A stretch of 32,000 bases of DNA from Flavobacteriaceae bacterium (GTDB lineage Bacteria; Bacteroidota; Bacteroidia; Flavobacteriales; Flavobacteriaceae). Of this stretch, positions 16,985 through 26,930 are shown in pieces. Under the pieces are notes generated by a model, which ran no database searches, was not told the origin of the DNA, and saw only the letters and a program-made list of their open reading frames with translations. The first letter of the stretch is position 1. The number at the start of each line of letters is the position of its first letter. The stretch spans positions 210,001-242,000 of the forward strand of contig OZ245049.1 of NCBI GenBank assembly GCA_965224465.1. Direction: 5' to 3'. The translations under genes and the position numbers were made by a program.

Positions 16985-18106
16985 TTAGTTTATAAGTTTT
17001 AGAATTTCGCGTTCTAAATCGTTTATAGATATTTTGTTTTTTACAATACCACCATTTCCATCTATAAGAACCATGTGAGGTATCGACCCAACATTAAACA
17101 TATAAGCAATACGCATATAATCATCAAAGATATGATTCCATTCGGACATACCATCAGTGGCTATCCCATTTCTCCATGCATCACGTGTTTTATCTTCAGA
17201 GACCGTAAGAACTGTAAAACCTTTGTTTTTATATTTTGTGTGTAAGTTTTTTACTATTGGAGTAATTTGACGGCAGGGGCCACACCAACTCGCCCAGAAA
17301 TCTATAAGCACAGCTTTCTTACCTTTCAAGACAGTTTGTAAACTTAAATCTCCTCCTAGCAAGTTTTCTCCAGAAAACATAGGAGCTGAACGTCGTTTTG
17401 TTTTCTTGACGGCAGTTCTTTTTATAGCGGCTTCTATAGATTTCTTTTCTTCAAGCTTTGTTACTGCTAATATTTGGGCATCAATAAGCGCTATTAAAAC
17501 GGTGTTTTTAGAAGTTTTAGAAATGGATTCTAAGGTGCTAAGTAATTGAGTGCTTGCCGTTTTTTTTATATCATTCTTAAAAATATAAGTAGCAATGTCA
17601 TTCTCTTTATTTGCTTTTATGCAATGGATTAACAGTTTGTCTAGCAAGATATTGATGCTGTCTGTTTTATGTTGTAATTGTTTGCTGGGATTAATTATGT
17701 TGTGCTCCAAGTAGTTTAATTTAACCAATTGTAGTCTCTTTTTTTTGTTTTTATATGTTGCAAAACGTTCTTGTAAATTTCCTCCTATTGCGATATGATT
17801 GTTTGGTGTAATGCTAATTTCAATATCGGAGTTTTCTAAGATAAATTCTACTTGTTGCGTCTGGTTTTTGAGTGTAATGGTATAAAAGGAAGGCGCTTCT
17901 ACAATTCCGTAAAAACTGAATTTATGTCCAGTGACTGTAGCAGAATCAATAATTTTATGGTGGTTATTTTTTAGATAAGCGGTTTGTGTATTTAATGATG
18001 TTATTCCTTTTACATGAAAACCATTTGTGGGTTTTTTAGATTGTGAACAGGACAGAACAATTGCGCAAAGTGACAATACACTTAGTTGTGATAGTAATTT
18101 TTTCAT
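16985..18106 (-). CDS. TlpA/ResA-like thiol:disulfide oxidoreductase lipoprotein (thioredoxin fold, N-terminal DUF4369-like region)
   Basis: FWASWCGPCRQ carries the CxxC active site. ATG at 18106 gives the lipoprotein signal MKKLLSQLSVLSLCAIVLSC. Track start 18148 is TTG. Confidence 0.88.
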   Translation of the reverse strand: MKKLLSQLSVLSLCAIVLSCSQSKKPTNGFHVKGITSLNTQTAYLKNNHHKIIDSATVTGHKFSFYGIVEAPSFYTITLKNQTQQVEFILENSDIEISITPNNHIAIGGNLQERFATYKNKKKRLQLVKLNYLEHNIINPSKQLQHKTDSINILLDKLLIHCIKANKENDIATYIFKNDIKKTASTQLLSTLESISKTSKNTVLIALIDAQILAVTKLEEKKSIEAAIKRTAVKKTKRRSAPMFSGENLLGGDLSLQTVLKGKKAVLIDFWASWCGPCRQITPIVKNLHTKYKNKGFTVLTVSEDKTRDAWRNGIATDGMSEWNHIFDDYMRIAYMFNVGSIPHMVLIDGNGGIVKNKISINDLEREILKLIN

Positions 18107-18599
18107 GAAACAATTTCTTTTTCTGCAATGATACGGAAAATCAATCAAACAGTAAAACAGTTACAAGAGTCTGATATTAAGACATAAAGTAGTGTTGTTG
18201 GTTTTTAATCCAATGATAGGTTTAATTTTGGGAGGATTCTCCTTTAAATAGAAAACAGGTTTTTGGAAGCAAATTTCGTACTCTAGGGGCGAGGTTTTTT
18301 AACGATGGTTTTGAAAAATTAATAAAAATAGAAGGTCATATCTATTGCACAAATGCGATAAAGAAATTAAGGATGATTTTGAGACACAATATAAAGTGGT
18401 TTCATTGTTATTTAAAGAGGCATATAGTTGATTCGGTTTTTTTAAAAAATGAGGAACCTAGCTAAATCATTACTTCCTTTATTCGTGGTGACTTATTTGG
18501 TACTTAGTCCTATAAAATCAATTATAAAAACTATTTTTGCAGACAGATGATTTAAAATGATTCACTTATAGTTTGTACAATTTGTAAAGAGCTAGGTGC

Positions 18600-20168
18600 A
18601 TGATAGAAACGGAATTAATGGACAAAACAATATCGGAAAACTCGAAAGAGTTGTCGTTAAAAGAGATAGAACAGTGTATTACTGTACTAGAGCGTTTGAT
18701 TGAAGATACAGATCAAATTTTTGAAATACCCAAGGATAGGCGTACCGCATTAATTATGGTAGCAGGAAAACTATCTAGACCTAGTAGGGAAGAGTTTTCT
18801 CGCAGAAAAAAAGATGCAAAGAAAACAGCCAAACGTAAAAAAGCGGCGAGAGATAAACATGCTCGTAAAGAAACTGGGATTCGTTATGCGCGTGAATCTG
18901 CTGTTTTTGAAGCTCCTTTATTACTTTCTCAATCGGATTTGTCTCATAAGGAAATGAAAGAATTAGAAACACCTAGAGCTTGTTATGTGTGTAATTCTAA
19001 ATTTACCAAACTACATCATTTTTACGATACCATGTGTTGTGATTGTGGGGATCTGAATTATGCCAAACGTTTTCAAACGGCTGATGTAAAAGGGCAAGTG
19101 GCGGTAATTACGGGTTCTCGTTTAAAAATTGGATATCATATTACATTGATGTTATTACGAGGAGGCGCTACGGTAATCGCTACAACACGTTTTCCTGTAG
19201 ATTCTGCATTGCGCTTTTCTAAAGAACCAGATTTTAAAGAATGGGGTGATCGTTTAAAAATTCACGGTCTTGATTTAAGACATATTCCAAGTGTAGAGAT
19301 ATTTTGTAATTTTATTGAACAGAATTACCCGAAGCTAGATATTTTAATAAACAATGCTGCGCAGACAGTGCGTCGTCCTGCTGGATTTTATTCTCATTTA
19401 ATGGCGAAAGAGGACAGTCCTTTGGATTCCTTGCCGTTGTTTGCTCAAGAGTTATTATCTGGACATCACAATTGTTTGAACGAATTAAAAGTATTGACAT
19501 CAGGAGCCTCTTCTAATAAAAATATGCCTGTGAGCTGGCATGGTCCAGAACCAGGAATTGGCTTAAGGTCATCTGCTAAACTATCACAGATTCCTTACAG
19601 TTTTGATGCGAGTTTGGTGACACAAGAAGTCTTTCCAGAAGGGGAGTTGGATGCCGATTTACAACAGGTAGATCTCCGTAAAACAAACAGTTGGCGTTTG
19701 AAATTAGGCGCTATTGAAACTACAGAAATGGTGGAAGTTCAACTTGTAAATTCTGTAGCTCCGTTTGTATTGTGTAACCGTTTGTCGGAAGTGATGAAAA
19801 AGGACAATACAGGAAAAAAACACATTATAAATGTATCTGCCATGGAAGGTAAATTCCATCGTTTTTTTAAAGAGTCTCGCCATCCACATACCAATATGGC
19901 TAAGGCAGCTTTAAATATGTTAACGCATACCGCTTCTGGAGAATTGGCAAAGTTCGGAATTTTCATGAATGCAGTCGATACTGGCTGGGTTACCGATGAA
20001 GATCCAGCAGAAATGGCTAAAAAGAAACAAGAAGTACACGATTTTCAACCTCCTTTGGATATTGTAGATGGTGCTGCCAGAGTTATGGATCCATTGTTTG
20101 ATGGAATCAATACAGGGAAACACTGGTGTGGAAAATTCTTAAAAGATTATTTCCCTATCGATTGGTAG
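18600..20168 (+). CDS. Short-chain dehydrogenase/reductase (SDR) with ~165-aa N-terminal extension (basic stretch + Cys cluster)
   Basis: [26 protein letters not shown] (Rossmann TGxxxxxG), NNAAQT, and the SAMEG...[15 protein letters not shown] active-site region. The N-terminus has [24 protein letters not shown] and [23 protein letters not shown]. Confidence 0.85.
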   Translation: MIETELMDKTISENSKELSLKEIEQCITVLERLIEDTDQIFEIPKDRRTALIMVAGKLSRPSREEFSRRKKDAKKTAKRKKAARDKHARKETGIRYARESAVFEAPLLLSQSDLSHKEMKELETPRACYVCNSKFTKLHHFYDTMCCDCGDLNYAKRFQTADVKGQVAVITGSRLKIGYHITLMLLRGGATVIATTRFPVDSALRFSKEPDFKEWGDRLKIHGLDLRHIPSVEIFCNFIEQNYPKLDILINNAAQTVRRPAGFYSHLMAKEDSPLDSLPLFAQELLSGHHNCLNELKVLTSGASSNKNMPVSWHGPEPGIGLRSSAKLSQIPYSFDASLVTQEVFPEGELDADLQQVDLRKTNSWRLKLGAIETTEMVEVQLVNSVAPFVLCNRLSEVMKKDNTGKKHIINVSAMEGKFHRFFKESRHPHTNMAKAALNMLTHTASGELAKFGIFMNAVDTGWVTDEDPAEMAKKKQEVHDFQPPLDIVDGAARVMDPLFDGINTGKHWCGKFLKDYFPIDW

Positions 20169-20282
20169 GAGTATAGCACACCTGTTTAACGCTGTAATCT
20201 ATTCGTGAAAAATGGGGAGCGTAATTAAGGCAGTGCGAATCTATTTGAATTTATATTTAATAAAATAATTGAATAACTATTT

Positions 20283-20310
20283 AAAGCCATCAAATTTTGA
20301 TGGCTTTTTT
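20283..20310 (+). terminator. Rho-independent terminator
   Basis: AGCCATCAA pairs with TTGATGGCT, followed by T6. Confidence 0.75.
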
Positions 20311-20324
20311 ATCAAACACTCATA

Positions 20325-20495
20325 GTGTTTTATATCAAATACATTTCCAAGTGACGGTTTAAAAATGGAATTATTTTTTGTTTTAGTTTGGTGGAAAATC
20401 TAAGAATAGCCTTTGCGATGGTTCTGTATTTTAACAACGCCAGCACGTAAAACAAACTATTTATATCGGTTATTTTGGATTGTAATTGGTATTAT
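20325..20495 (+). repeat. MITE-like intergenic repeat, copy B (full length)
   Basis: GTGTTTTATATCAAATACATTTCCAAGTGACGGTTTAAAAATGGAATTATTTTTTG...AACAACGCCAGCACGTAAAACAAACTATTTATATCGGTTATTTTGGATTGTAATTGGTATTAT. It ends 13 nt before the ATG at 20509. Confidence 0.8.
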
Positions 20496-20508
20496 ATAAA
20501 TTTACAGC

Positions 20509-21702
20509 ATGAAAAAATCAGTAGCTATTATTGGAGGTGGTTCTGCGGGACTCTTATTAGCAGTCTTTTTAGATGCTTCTTTATTCGAAGTAAGTATCTA
20601 TGAGCGAAAAAAAACACCTGGGCGAAAATTATTAGTTGCTGGTAAAGGAGGTTTTAATTTAACACATTCTGAGCCGATAGATGCTTTTGTAGAGCGCTAT
20701 CAACCAGAGGGGTTTTTGAATGCTGCACTTCGTTATTTTGATAATACTGCCCTTCGAAATTGGTTAAAATCTATTGGTATTCCTACATATATTGGCTCAA
20801 GTAAAAGAGTGTATCCAATACAAGGTATCAAGCCAATGCAGGTGCTTCACAAAATAATGGAACAATTAAAATTAAATAATGTTCAATTTAATTATGAGCA
20901 ATATTGGACGGGCTGGGACATAAATAAGCAATTGACTTTTGCTTCTGGATTAATTGTTAAGGCAGATTATGTGGTTTTTTCCATGGGAGGAGGCAGTTGG
21001 AAAGTAACGGGTTCTGACGGGGCTTGGACTAAAATTTTTAAAAATTCTGAGATAGGAATTATCCCTTTTAAATCTGCCAACTGCGCTTTTGGTATTTGTT
21101 GGGACAAAACTTTTATTAAAGAAAATGCAGGAGCTCCTTTAAAAAATATTGCTCTTTCTTGTGGGAATAAAACATGTAAAGGGGAAGTGGTTGTGACTGA
21201 TTTTGGTTTGGAAGGAAACGCTATTTATGCATTGAGTTTTGAAATTCAGGATGCCTTGGAAAATAATGGATTTGCAATTATTACAATCGATCTTAAACCT
21301 CAATTTTCTGAAGGAGAGATTTTAAAAAAATTAACGAATTCCAGAAAAAATACAAGCAAAACATTGTTAGATGTCCTCAAACTTTCCAATACGCAAGTTC
21401 AGCTGATAAAAAACCAACTTTCTAAAGAAGATTATTTGTGTAAAAACACCTTGTCTAAAAAGATAAAATCCTTGGAACTAACTGTGCAATCAGCAGCTAA
21501 AATAGAGGAAGCTATTTCCACTATGGGAGGTGTAGATTTGAATTATATAGATCCTAATTTTGAGTTAAAAACCAAATCAAATCACTTTTGCATAGGAGAA
21601 ATGTTGGATTGGAATGCACCTACTGGAGGCTATTTACTACAAGCATGTTTTAGTATGGGCGCATTTTTGGCGAATCATTTAAATACTATTCAGAAAAGAT
21701 AA
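20509..21702 (+). CDS. FAD-dependent flavoprotein of the HI0933/BaiN-like group (TIGR03862-like)
   Basis: VAIIGGGSAGLLLAVFL (GxGxxG) and PGRKLLVAGKGGFNLTHSE. Size (397 aa) and the C-terminal GEMLDWNAPTGGYLLQACFSMG are typical of this family (from memory). Confidence 0.8.
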   Translation: MKKSVAIIGGGSAGLLLAVFLDASLFEVSIYERKKTPGRKLLVAGKGGFNLTHSEPIDAFVERYQPEGFLNAALRYFDNTALRNWLKSIGIPTYIGSSKRVYPIQGIKPMQVLHKIMEQLKLNNVQFNYEQYWTGWDINKQLTFASGLIVKADYVVFSMGGGSWKVTGSDGAWTKIFKNSEIGIIPFKSANCAFGICWDKTFIKENAGAPLKNIALSCGNKTCKGEVVVTDFGLEGNAIYALSFEIQDALENNGFAIITIDLKPQFSEGEILKKLTNSRKNTSKTLLDVLKLSNTQVQLIKNQLSKEDYLCKNTLSKKIKSLELTVQSAAKIEEAISTMGGVDLNYIDPNFELKTKSNHFCIGEMLDWNAPTGGYLLQACFSMGAFLANHLNTIQKR

Positions 21703-21704
21703 AA

Positions 21705-22664
21705 CTAACGGTTTGCGTACAGTATTAATAAAACCCCCAACATAACACCTGCTAAAGGAAGTAATTTTTTTCGTTTGTTTTTTTCTTTAAATAGGATGCC
21801 TCCAATTAAAACAGTAATCAATAATTGACTTCTTTTTACGGCGGATAAAATCATAATCAATGCGTCTGGGTCTTGTAAGGCTTTGAAATAAAAATAATCA
21901 GCGACTTGTAATAGTATTCCTACCGCGGGAATGCTCCATCGAAACTTAAAATCACGTCTTTTTTTAGGGAATGGCATCCATGTAAAAGCTAAAATAACGA
22001 GTAAAATTAATAGGGTATACCAACAAAACCAAAACTGTAGGGTTTGTGGGTTTAAACTTAAATTCTGAATTAGGAACTTATCGTACAAACCACTGGAAGC
22101 GCCTAAAAATGTAGCCCCTATAATGGCAAATATCCATTTGTTCCGTTTAAAATTGATTCCTTCTTTTTTTCCTACGCGAGAATATAGCAATACCGAAAAA
22201 ATAATTAAAAAGAAACCTAGCCATTGCCAAATAGTTGGTTTTTCTTGATAGATAAAAATAGCACCTATAAAGGTGAAAAAAGGACCGGCAGAACGAATGG
22301 GAGCAACAATGGTGATTGGTAAATGCTTTAATGCTTGGTACGCCAGCACCCAAGAACCAGCCATAATCATAGATTTAAGACTGATAAACCCATGTGTTTT
22401 CCAAGGGATTTCTGTAATGTAAAAATTGATTTCTTGTGCCTTTTCTGGAAAAAAAATCGAGAAAATATATACGGGAAGTAGTGTTAAAAAACCTGCAGAT
22501 ATTGTTCCGAATAGTACGGGGAACACTTCATTTCCTTGTACGGCGTGTTTTTTTACTAAATTATGTAATCCTAAAAATACTGCCGCAATTAATCCTAAAT
22601 AAATCCACATGGCGGCGAAGATACTTCTTTGGTAATTCTTGACAAGAAAAGATGAAAGAAACAT
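21705..22664 (-). CDS. EamA/DMT-family transporter (10-TM type)
   Basis: Hydrophobic throughout with two EamA-like halves. ATG at 22664; an alternative ATG at 22610 (MWIYLGLIAAVFLG...) is equally plausible. Confidence 0.8.
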   Translation of the reverse strand: MFLSSFLVKNYQRSIFAAMWIYLGLIAAVFLGLHNLVKKHAVQGNEVFPVLFGTISAGFLTLLPVYIFSIFFPEKAQEINFYITEIPWKTHGFISLKSMIMAGSWVLAYQALKHLPITIVAPIRSAGPFFTFIGAIFIYQEKPTIWQWLGFFLIIFSVLLYSRVGKKEGINFKRNKWIFAIIGATFLGASSGLYDKFLIQNLSLNPQTLQFWFCWYTLLILLVILAFTWMPFPKKRRDFKFRWSIPAVGILLQVADYFYFKALQDPDALIMILSAVKRSQLLITVLIGGILFKEKNKRKKLLPLAGVMLGVLLILYANR

Positions 22665-22684
22665 TTAGCAAGGGCTACCCACTG

Positions 22685-22815
22685 TTATGCCAATTACAAT
22701 CCAAGACATATATAAATAGCTTGTTTTACGTTTTAAAATTATTAAAAAACAGAACGATAGCTTAGGATAGCCTTCTATTTCTAAACTGTTACTTAGAAAT
22801 GTATTTGGTGTTATT
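22685..22815 (-). repeat. MITE-like intergenic repeat, copy C (inverted orientation, internal deletion)
   Basis: The reverse complement reads AATAACACCAAATACATTTCTAAGTAACAGTTTAGAAATAGAAGGCTATCC...ATCGTTCTGTTTTTTAA...ACGTAAAACAAGCTATTTATATATGTCTTGGATTGTAATTGGCATAACAG. Confidence 0.7.
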
Positions 22816-22880
22816 TTTATGAAAACAGGTACCAAGATACGAATCGCTATGTATTATGTATGTATGCTTAAATATTAATT

Positions 22881-22888
22881 TATCTTTG
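22881..22888 (+). promoter_or_regulatory. Candidate -7 box TATCTTTG
   Basis: Lies 75 nt upstream of the TTG start at 22963. Confidence 0.3.
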
Positions 22889-22962
22889 CATGCGAGCGAC
22901 GAACATTTATACTAATTTATTGTTTTTTGTGCTTTTTATAATCAAACGAACTATACCATCCA

Positions 22963-25149
22963 TTGAAAGATATTTTATTAATCACGCCACCATTTACTCA
23001 GTTAAACACGCCATACCCAGCCACGGCATATATAAAGGGGTTTTTAAATACAAAAGGTATTGGTAGTTATCAGATGGATTTAGGAATAGAAGTTATGCTG
23101 GAGCTATTTAGTAAACATTCTTTTGAGTATATGTTTGACTTTGCTTTTGAAAATGACACCATTGTTTCTGAAAATTGTGAACGTATTTATGCTTTAAAAG
23201 AGGCTTATTTAGGGCCTTTAGATGCGGTTATTTTATTTTTACAAGGAAAAAATCATACGTTTGCACGGCAGATTTGCAGTCCAAATTTTTTACCACGGTC
23301 TTCTCGTTTTGAGCAATTGGACGATATGGATTGGGCTTTTGGAAATATGGGAATGCAGGATAAAGCAAAACATTTAGCAACCTTGTATTTAGAGGATTTA
23401 TCCGATTTTATCGTGGAGTGTATCGATGAGAATTTTGGTTTTAGTCGCTATGCCGAACGCTTAGGACAGAGTGCCAATTCTTTTGATGAGTTGTATAAGT
23501 TGCTTTCCTACGAACCTACTTATATAGATGCGATTACGCTATTTATTTTAAAGAATCAATTAAAGGAAACACAGCCAGAAATGGTGTGTTTTTCGGTGCC
23601 ATTTCCTGGGAATTTATACAGTGCGTTTAGATGTGCTCAGTATATAAAAAAGGAATATCCAAGTATTAAAATTGTGATGGGTGGTGGTTTTCCAAATACA
23701 GAATTACGGTCTTTAACGGATGTACGGGTATTTGAGTTTTTTGATTTTATTAGCCTAGATGATGGAGAATTACCCTTAGAATTATTGATTTCATATATAC
23801 TAAAAGGTGGTGATAAAATATTAAAACGAACTTTTGTATTAGAAAATAAGACTGTTTTTTACAATAATTTATCAGAGAAACCGGATTATAAACAGCGCGA
23901 TGTCGGTTGCCCTGATTATTCCGATTTATTGTTGAATCGTTATATTTCAGTGATAGAGATTGCCAATCCAATGCATAGTTTATGGAGCGATGGACGCTGG
24001 AATAAACTCACTATGGCACATGGTTGTTATTGGGCTAAATGTACTTTTTGTGATGTGTCTTTGGATTATATTAAATTACACGATCCTATTACTGCAATTT
24101 TATTAGTGGATAGGATGGAGCAGATTAGTACCCAAACTGGAGATACGGGGTTTCATTTTGTTGATGAAGCAGCGCCTCCTGCACTCATGCGTGCTTTATC
24201 TATAGAAATACTCAAACGCAAATTAACTGTTACTTGGTGGGCAAACATTCGTTTCGAAAAGAATTTTACTCAAGAGTTGTGTTGTTTGTTAAAAGCAGCA
24301 GGTTGTATTGCTGTATCTGGAGGCTTGGAAGTTGCTTCGGATCGCATGTTAAAATTGATAGACAAAGGAGTTACTGTTGCTCAAGTGGCTCAGGTGACAC
24401 GGAATTTTACAAAAGCGGATATTATGGTACATTCCTATTTAATGTACGGTTTCCCTACCCAGACAATCGTAGAGACAATAGATAGCTTAGAAATGGTTCG
24501 TCAATTATTTGAAGCAGGAATAGTACACTCTGGGTTTTGGCATCAATTTGCCTTAACAACACATAGTCCTATTGGAAAAAATCCTAGCGAATATGGTATA
24601 ACTCCCTTGTATAAAAATATTTCTTTTGCAGATAATGATATTGATTTTAAAGATGATACTGGTATTGAACATGCCAAGTTTAGTTTTGGTCTTAAAAAGT
24701 CTTTATTTAATTATATGCATGGAATTGGTTTTGAGATGCCTTTGCAAGATTGGTTTGATTTTAAGGTTCCAACGACTACTATAAAATCAAATTTTATAGA
24801 AAATTGCTTGGAAATTGTACCGAGTTTTAAAGTAAAAAATACGGCCAAAGTTTTATGGCTTGGTGGCTTTCCATTTATAGAGGAGAAACATAAGAAAAAA
24901 CGTGGGCAAACTAGAACTAGTTTTGTACTCACTTTTCACGATACCACTAGCACGTTTAAAATCTCCCTAGAAAAAGACATGGGGGAATGGTTTTTAGAAA
25001 TGTTACCTTTACTTACAGTGCATGCGGAAAAACAAATGACTTTTGGTCAATTAAAAAAAGACTTTGAAATAAATTTTGAGGATTTTGAATTGTTTTGGTT
25101 TTCCAAACCGATGCAGGTACTAAAAGAGAATGGATTGTTGCTGTTGTAA
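22963..25149 (+). CDS. Radical SAM protein with B12-binding-domain-like N-terminal region (728 aa)
   Basis: HGCYWAKCTFCD Cys triad at 24025-24051. The N-terminus ILLITPPFTQLNTPYPATAYIKGFL and the FSVPFPGN...IVMGGGFP pattern fit B12-binding radical SAM enzymes. The start is TTG, with no ATG between the upstream in-frame stop (22939) and the conserved N-terminus. Confidence 0.85.
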   Translation: MKDILLITPPFTQLNTPYPATAYIKGFLNTKGIGSYQMDLGIEVMLELFSKHSFEYMFDFAFENDTIVSENCERIYALKEAYLGPLDAVILFLQGKNHTFARQICSPNFLPRSSRFEQLDDMDWAFGNMGMQDKAKHLATLYLEDLSDFIVECIDENFGFSRYAERLGQSANSFDELYKLLSYEPTYIDAITLFILKNQLKETQPEMVCFSVPFPGNLYSAFRCAQYIKKEYPSIKIVMGGGFPNTELRSLTDVRVFEFFDFISLDDGELPLELLISYILKGGDKILKRTFVLENKTVFYNNLSEKPDYKQRDVGCPDYSDLLLNRYISVIEIANPMHSLWSDGRWNKLTMAHGCYWAKCTFCDVSLDYIKLHDPITAILLVDRMEQISTQTGDTGFHFVDEAAPPALMRALSIEILKRKLTVTWWANIRFEKNFTQELCCLLKAAGCIAVSGGLEVASDRMLKLIDKGVTVAQVAQVTRNFTKADIMVHSYLMYGFPTQTIVETIDSLEMVRQLFEAGIVHSGFWHQFALTTHSPIGKNPSEYGITPLYKNISFADNDIDFKDDTGIEHAKFSFGLKKSLFNYMHGIGFEMPLQDWFDFKVPTTTIKSNFIENCLEIVPSFKVKNTAKVLWLGGFPFIEEKHKKKRGQTRTSFVLTFHDTTSTFKISLEKDMGEWFLEMLPLLTVHAEKQMTFGQLKKDFEINFEDFELFWFSKPMQVLKENGLLLL

Positions 25150-25307
25150 AACATTTTGAGATACCAAAGCGCTAATACAAGGATCTTTAAAAATACAATT
25201 ATTTCCTGCTGTTTTTAGAAGGAAACAATTTTCGATGCTCTATTCTTAACAAAAAAACTTGATTTACTTCGCTTATTTGAATCTGTTTGTTAGCTGATTA
25301 AAACTTT

Positions 25308-25418
25308 TAGCTTGGCGAAAAATCGAAGGGACGTCTTAGCTATCATTCTGTTTTTTAACAACGCTAGAACGTAAAACAAACTATTTATATCGGTTATTTT
25401 GGATTGTAATTGTATAAT
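25308..25418 (+). repeat. MITE-like intergenic repeat, copy D (right part only)
   Basis: TAGCTTGGCGAAAAATCGAAGGGACGTCTTAGCTATCATTCTGTTTTTTAACAACGCTAGAACGTAAAACAAACTATTTATATCGGTTATTTTGGATTGTAATTGTATAAT. Confidence 0.75.
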
Positions 25419-25484
25419 ATCTATTTTACAAAGGACATTTGCTTTCGAAAGTACATTGTATTTTGGGGGTGAGGTTGTAACAGT

Positions 25485-26171
25485 TTATATGGTATGTGGA
25501 TAATTTGGCAGTGGATGTATATTATTAACAATAGCATATACTACTAACCCTACGGTGTTTTTAGCACCAACTTTATCTAAAATTCGTTGCCTGTGACTTT
25601 CAATGGTTCGCTTGCTTAGAAACAGATTGTTGGCTATTTCTTGATTGGTTTGTTCATGACAAATTAACTTTAAGATTTCAGTTTCTCTAGATGTTAACTC
25701 TTCAATGGCACTGAAAGAGGATCTTTTAGGTGTACTATTCATGTATGATATCAGCATTTTCTGATCTTGTTGTGTGAAATAAACACCGTATTGAGCAACT
25801 GATTTAATGGTTTCTATCAATGCTTTTTTGTTGGTGTTTTTAGGGATAAAAGCGGATACTCCAAGCTTAATCATATGTCCTACAATGTTTTTTTTATAGT
25901 GAGAGGAAACTACAATTATTTTTAAATCGGGATGTTTTTCTTTTAGGATATCGACCAATTCATATCCATTCATGGGTTTCATTTGAATATCGACTAAAAC
26001 AAGAGTTGGGAAATTTATGGATGATGCCTTTGAGAGGGTATCTAGTAGTTCTAATCCAGAAGACGCTGTAGATACTATAGTGATGTTTTTTTCATGGGAA
26101 AGTAAAAGACATAGGCCTTCAACAAATAGGGTTTCATCATCTACAATGGATATTTTTATTATTTTATTCAT
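25485..26171 (-). CDS. NarL/FixJ (LuxR-type) response regulator
   Basis: REC domain (ISIVDDETLF, LVLVDIQMKPMNG, KIIVVSSH) plus a LuxR HTH (LTSRETEILKLICHEQTNQEIANNLFLSKRTIESHRQRILDKVG). Confidence 0.93.
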   Translation of the reverse strand: MNKIIKISIVDDETLFVEGLCLLLSHEKNITIVSTASSGLELLDTLSKASSINFPTLVLVDIQMKPMNGYELVDILKEKHPDLKIIVVSSHYKKNIVGHMIKLGVSAFIPKNTNKKALIETIKSVAQYGVYFTQQDQKMLISYMNSTPKRSSFSAIEELTSRETEILKLICHEQTNQEIANNLFLSKRTIESHRQRILDKVGAKNTVGLVVYAIVNNIHPLPNYPHTI

Positions 26172-26925
26172 TTTTTAAGAGTAAAAGTATTAATGTACAG
26201 CCTTTATTTTTCTTACTTTTCCATTTGTATAAGGCATTGATTGATTCAATTCTAGTTTCAATATTTTTAAGTCCCATACCACGGCTTTGAATGGTACGAT
26301 TAAATCCAATACCATTATCAGAGAGTACAATAGAAAGGGATTGCTTGGTATCTCGTATTTGAATATTCATTTTTGTTGCATTTGCATGTTTAATAACATT
26401 GCACAGAAACTCTTGAATAATCCGAAATAATTGAAGTTCAATAGCAATGGGTTTTTTATGATAGGTATGGAGTATATTTAACTGAACTAAAAGGGAGGAA
26501 TCAATGTGTTCGATTAATTGTTCAAGCAAAAGAATAATTCCTAATGACTCTAAATTTACGGGATATAGCGCATGAGATGCATTTCGGGTAGCATTAATTA
26601 GCGCAGGAATTTGTTGGACAACAATTTCTTTCGCTCGCTCATTATTCCACGTGTCATCATTATTTATCCAAAGAGAGAGTAAATTTAATTTGCTTCCAAC
26701 TTCGTCGTGTAATGTTTCAGCGATCCGTTTTCTTTCGTTTTCTTGTACGATCGTGTATTGTAGAGATACTTCTTTTTGATATGCTAGCTCTCGTTGGTGT
26801 TGCTGCTGTTTTTCATTCAATATTTTTTGCATAAAAGCTCTGTATGCCACAAAGGAAAATACGATGATTATTGATAGTACAATAAGCATAACAATTATAT
26901 ATTTGATATTTAATGATATTACCAT
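26164..26925 (-). CDS. Sensor histidine kinase, HisKA_3 (NarX/DesK-like) + HATPase_c, single N-terminal TM helix
   Basis: H-box RIAETLHDEVGSKL, N/G boxes LCNVIKHANA, SDNGIGF and GMGLKNIETR. Overlaps the RR start by 8 nt. Confidence 0.9.
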   Translation of the reverse strand: MVISLNIKYIIVMLIVLSIIIVFSFVAYRAFMQKILNEKQQQHQRELAYQKEVSLQYTIVQENERKRIAETLHDEVGSKLNLLSLWINNDDTWNNERAKEIVVQQIPALINATRNASHALYPVNLESLGIILLLEQLIEHIDSSLLVQLNILHTYHKKPIAIELQLFRIIQEFLCNVIKHANATKMNIQIRDTKQSLSIVLSDNGIGFNRTIQSRGMGLKNIETRIESINALYKWKSKKNKGCTLILLLLKNE

Positions 26926-26930
26926 GCTAT

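Noticed and set aside
22819-22878. 19-codon ORF (MKTGTKIRIAMYYVCMLKY) upstream of the radical SAM gene as a possible RiPP precursor
   Set aside because: It lies upstream of the best promoter box for the radical SAM gene and starts 4 nt from a repeat copy end. It has no leader/core features, and a short ORF in AT-rich DNA is expected by chance. It can only be revisited with conservation data.
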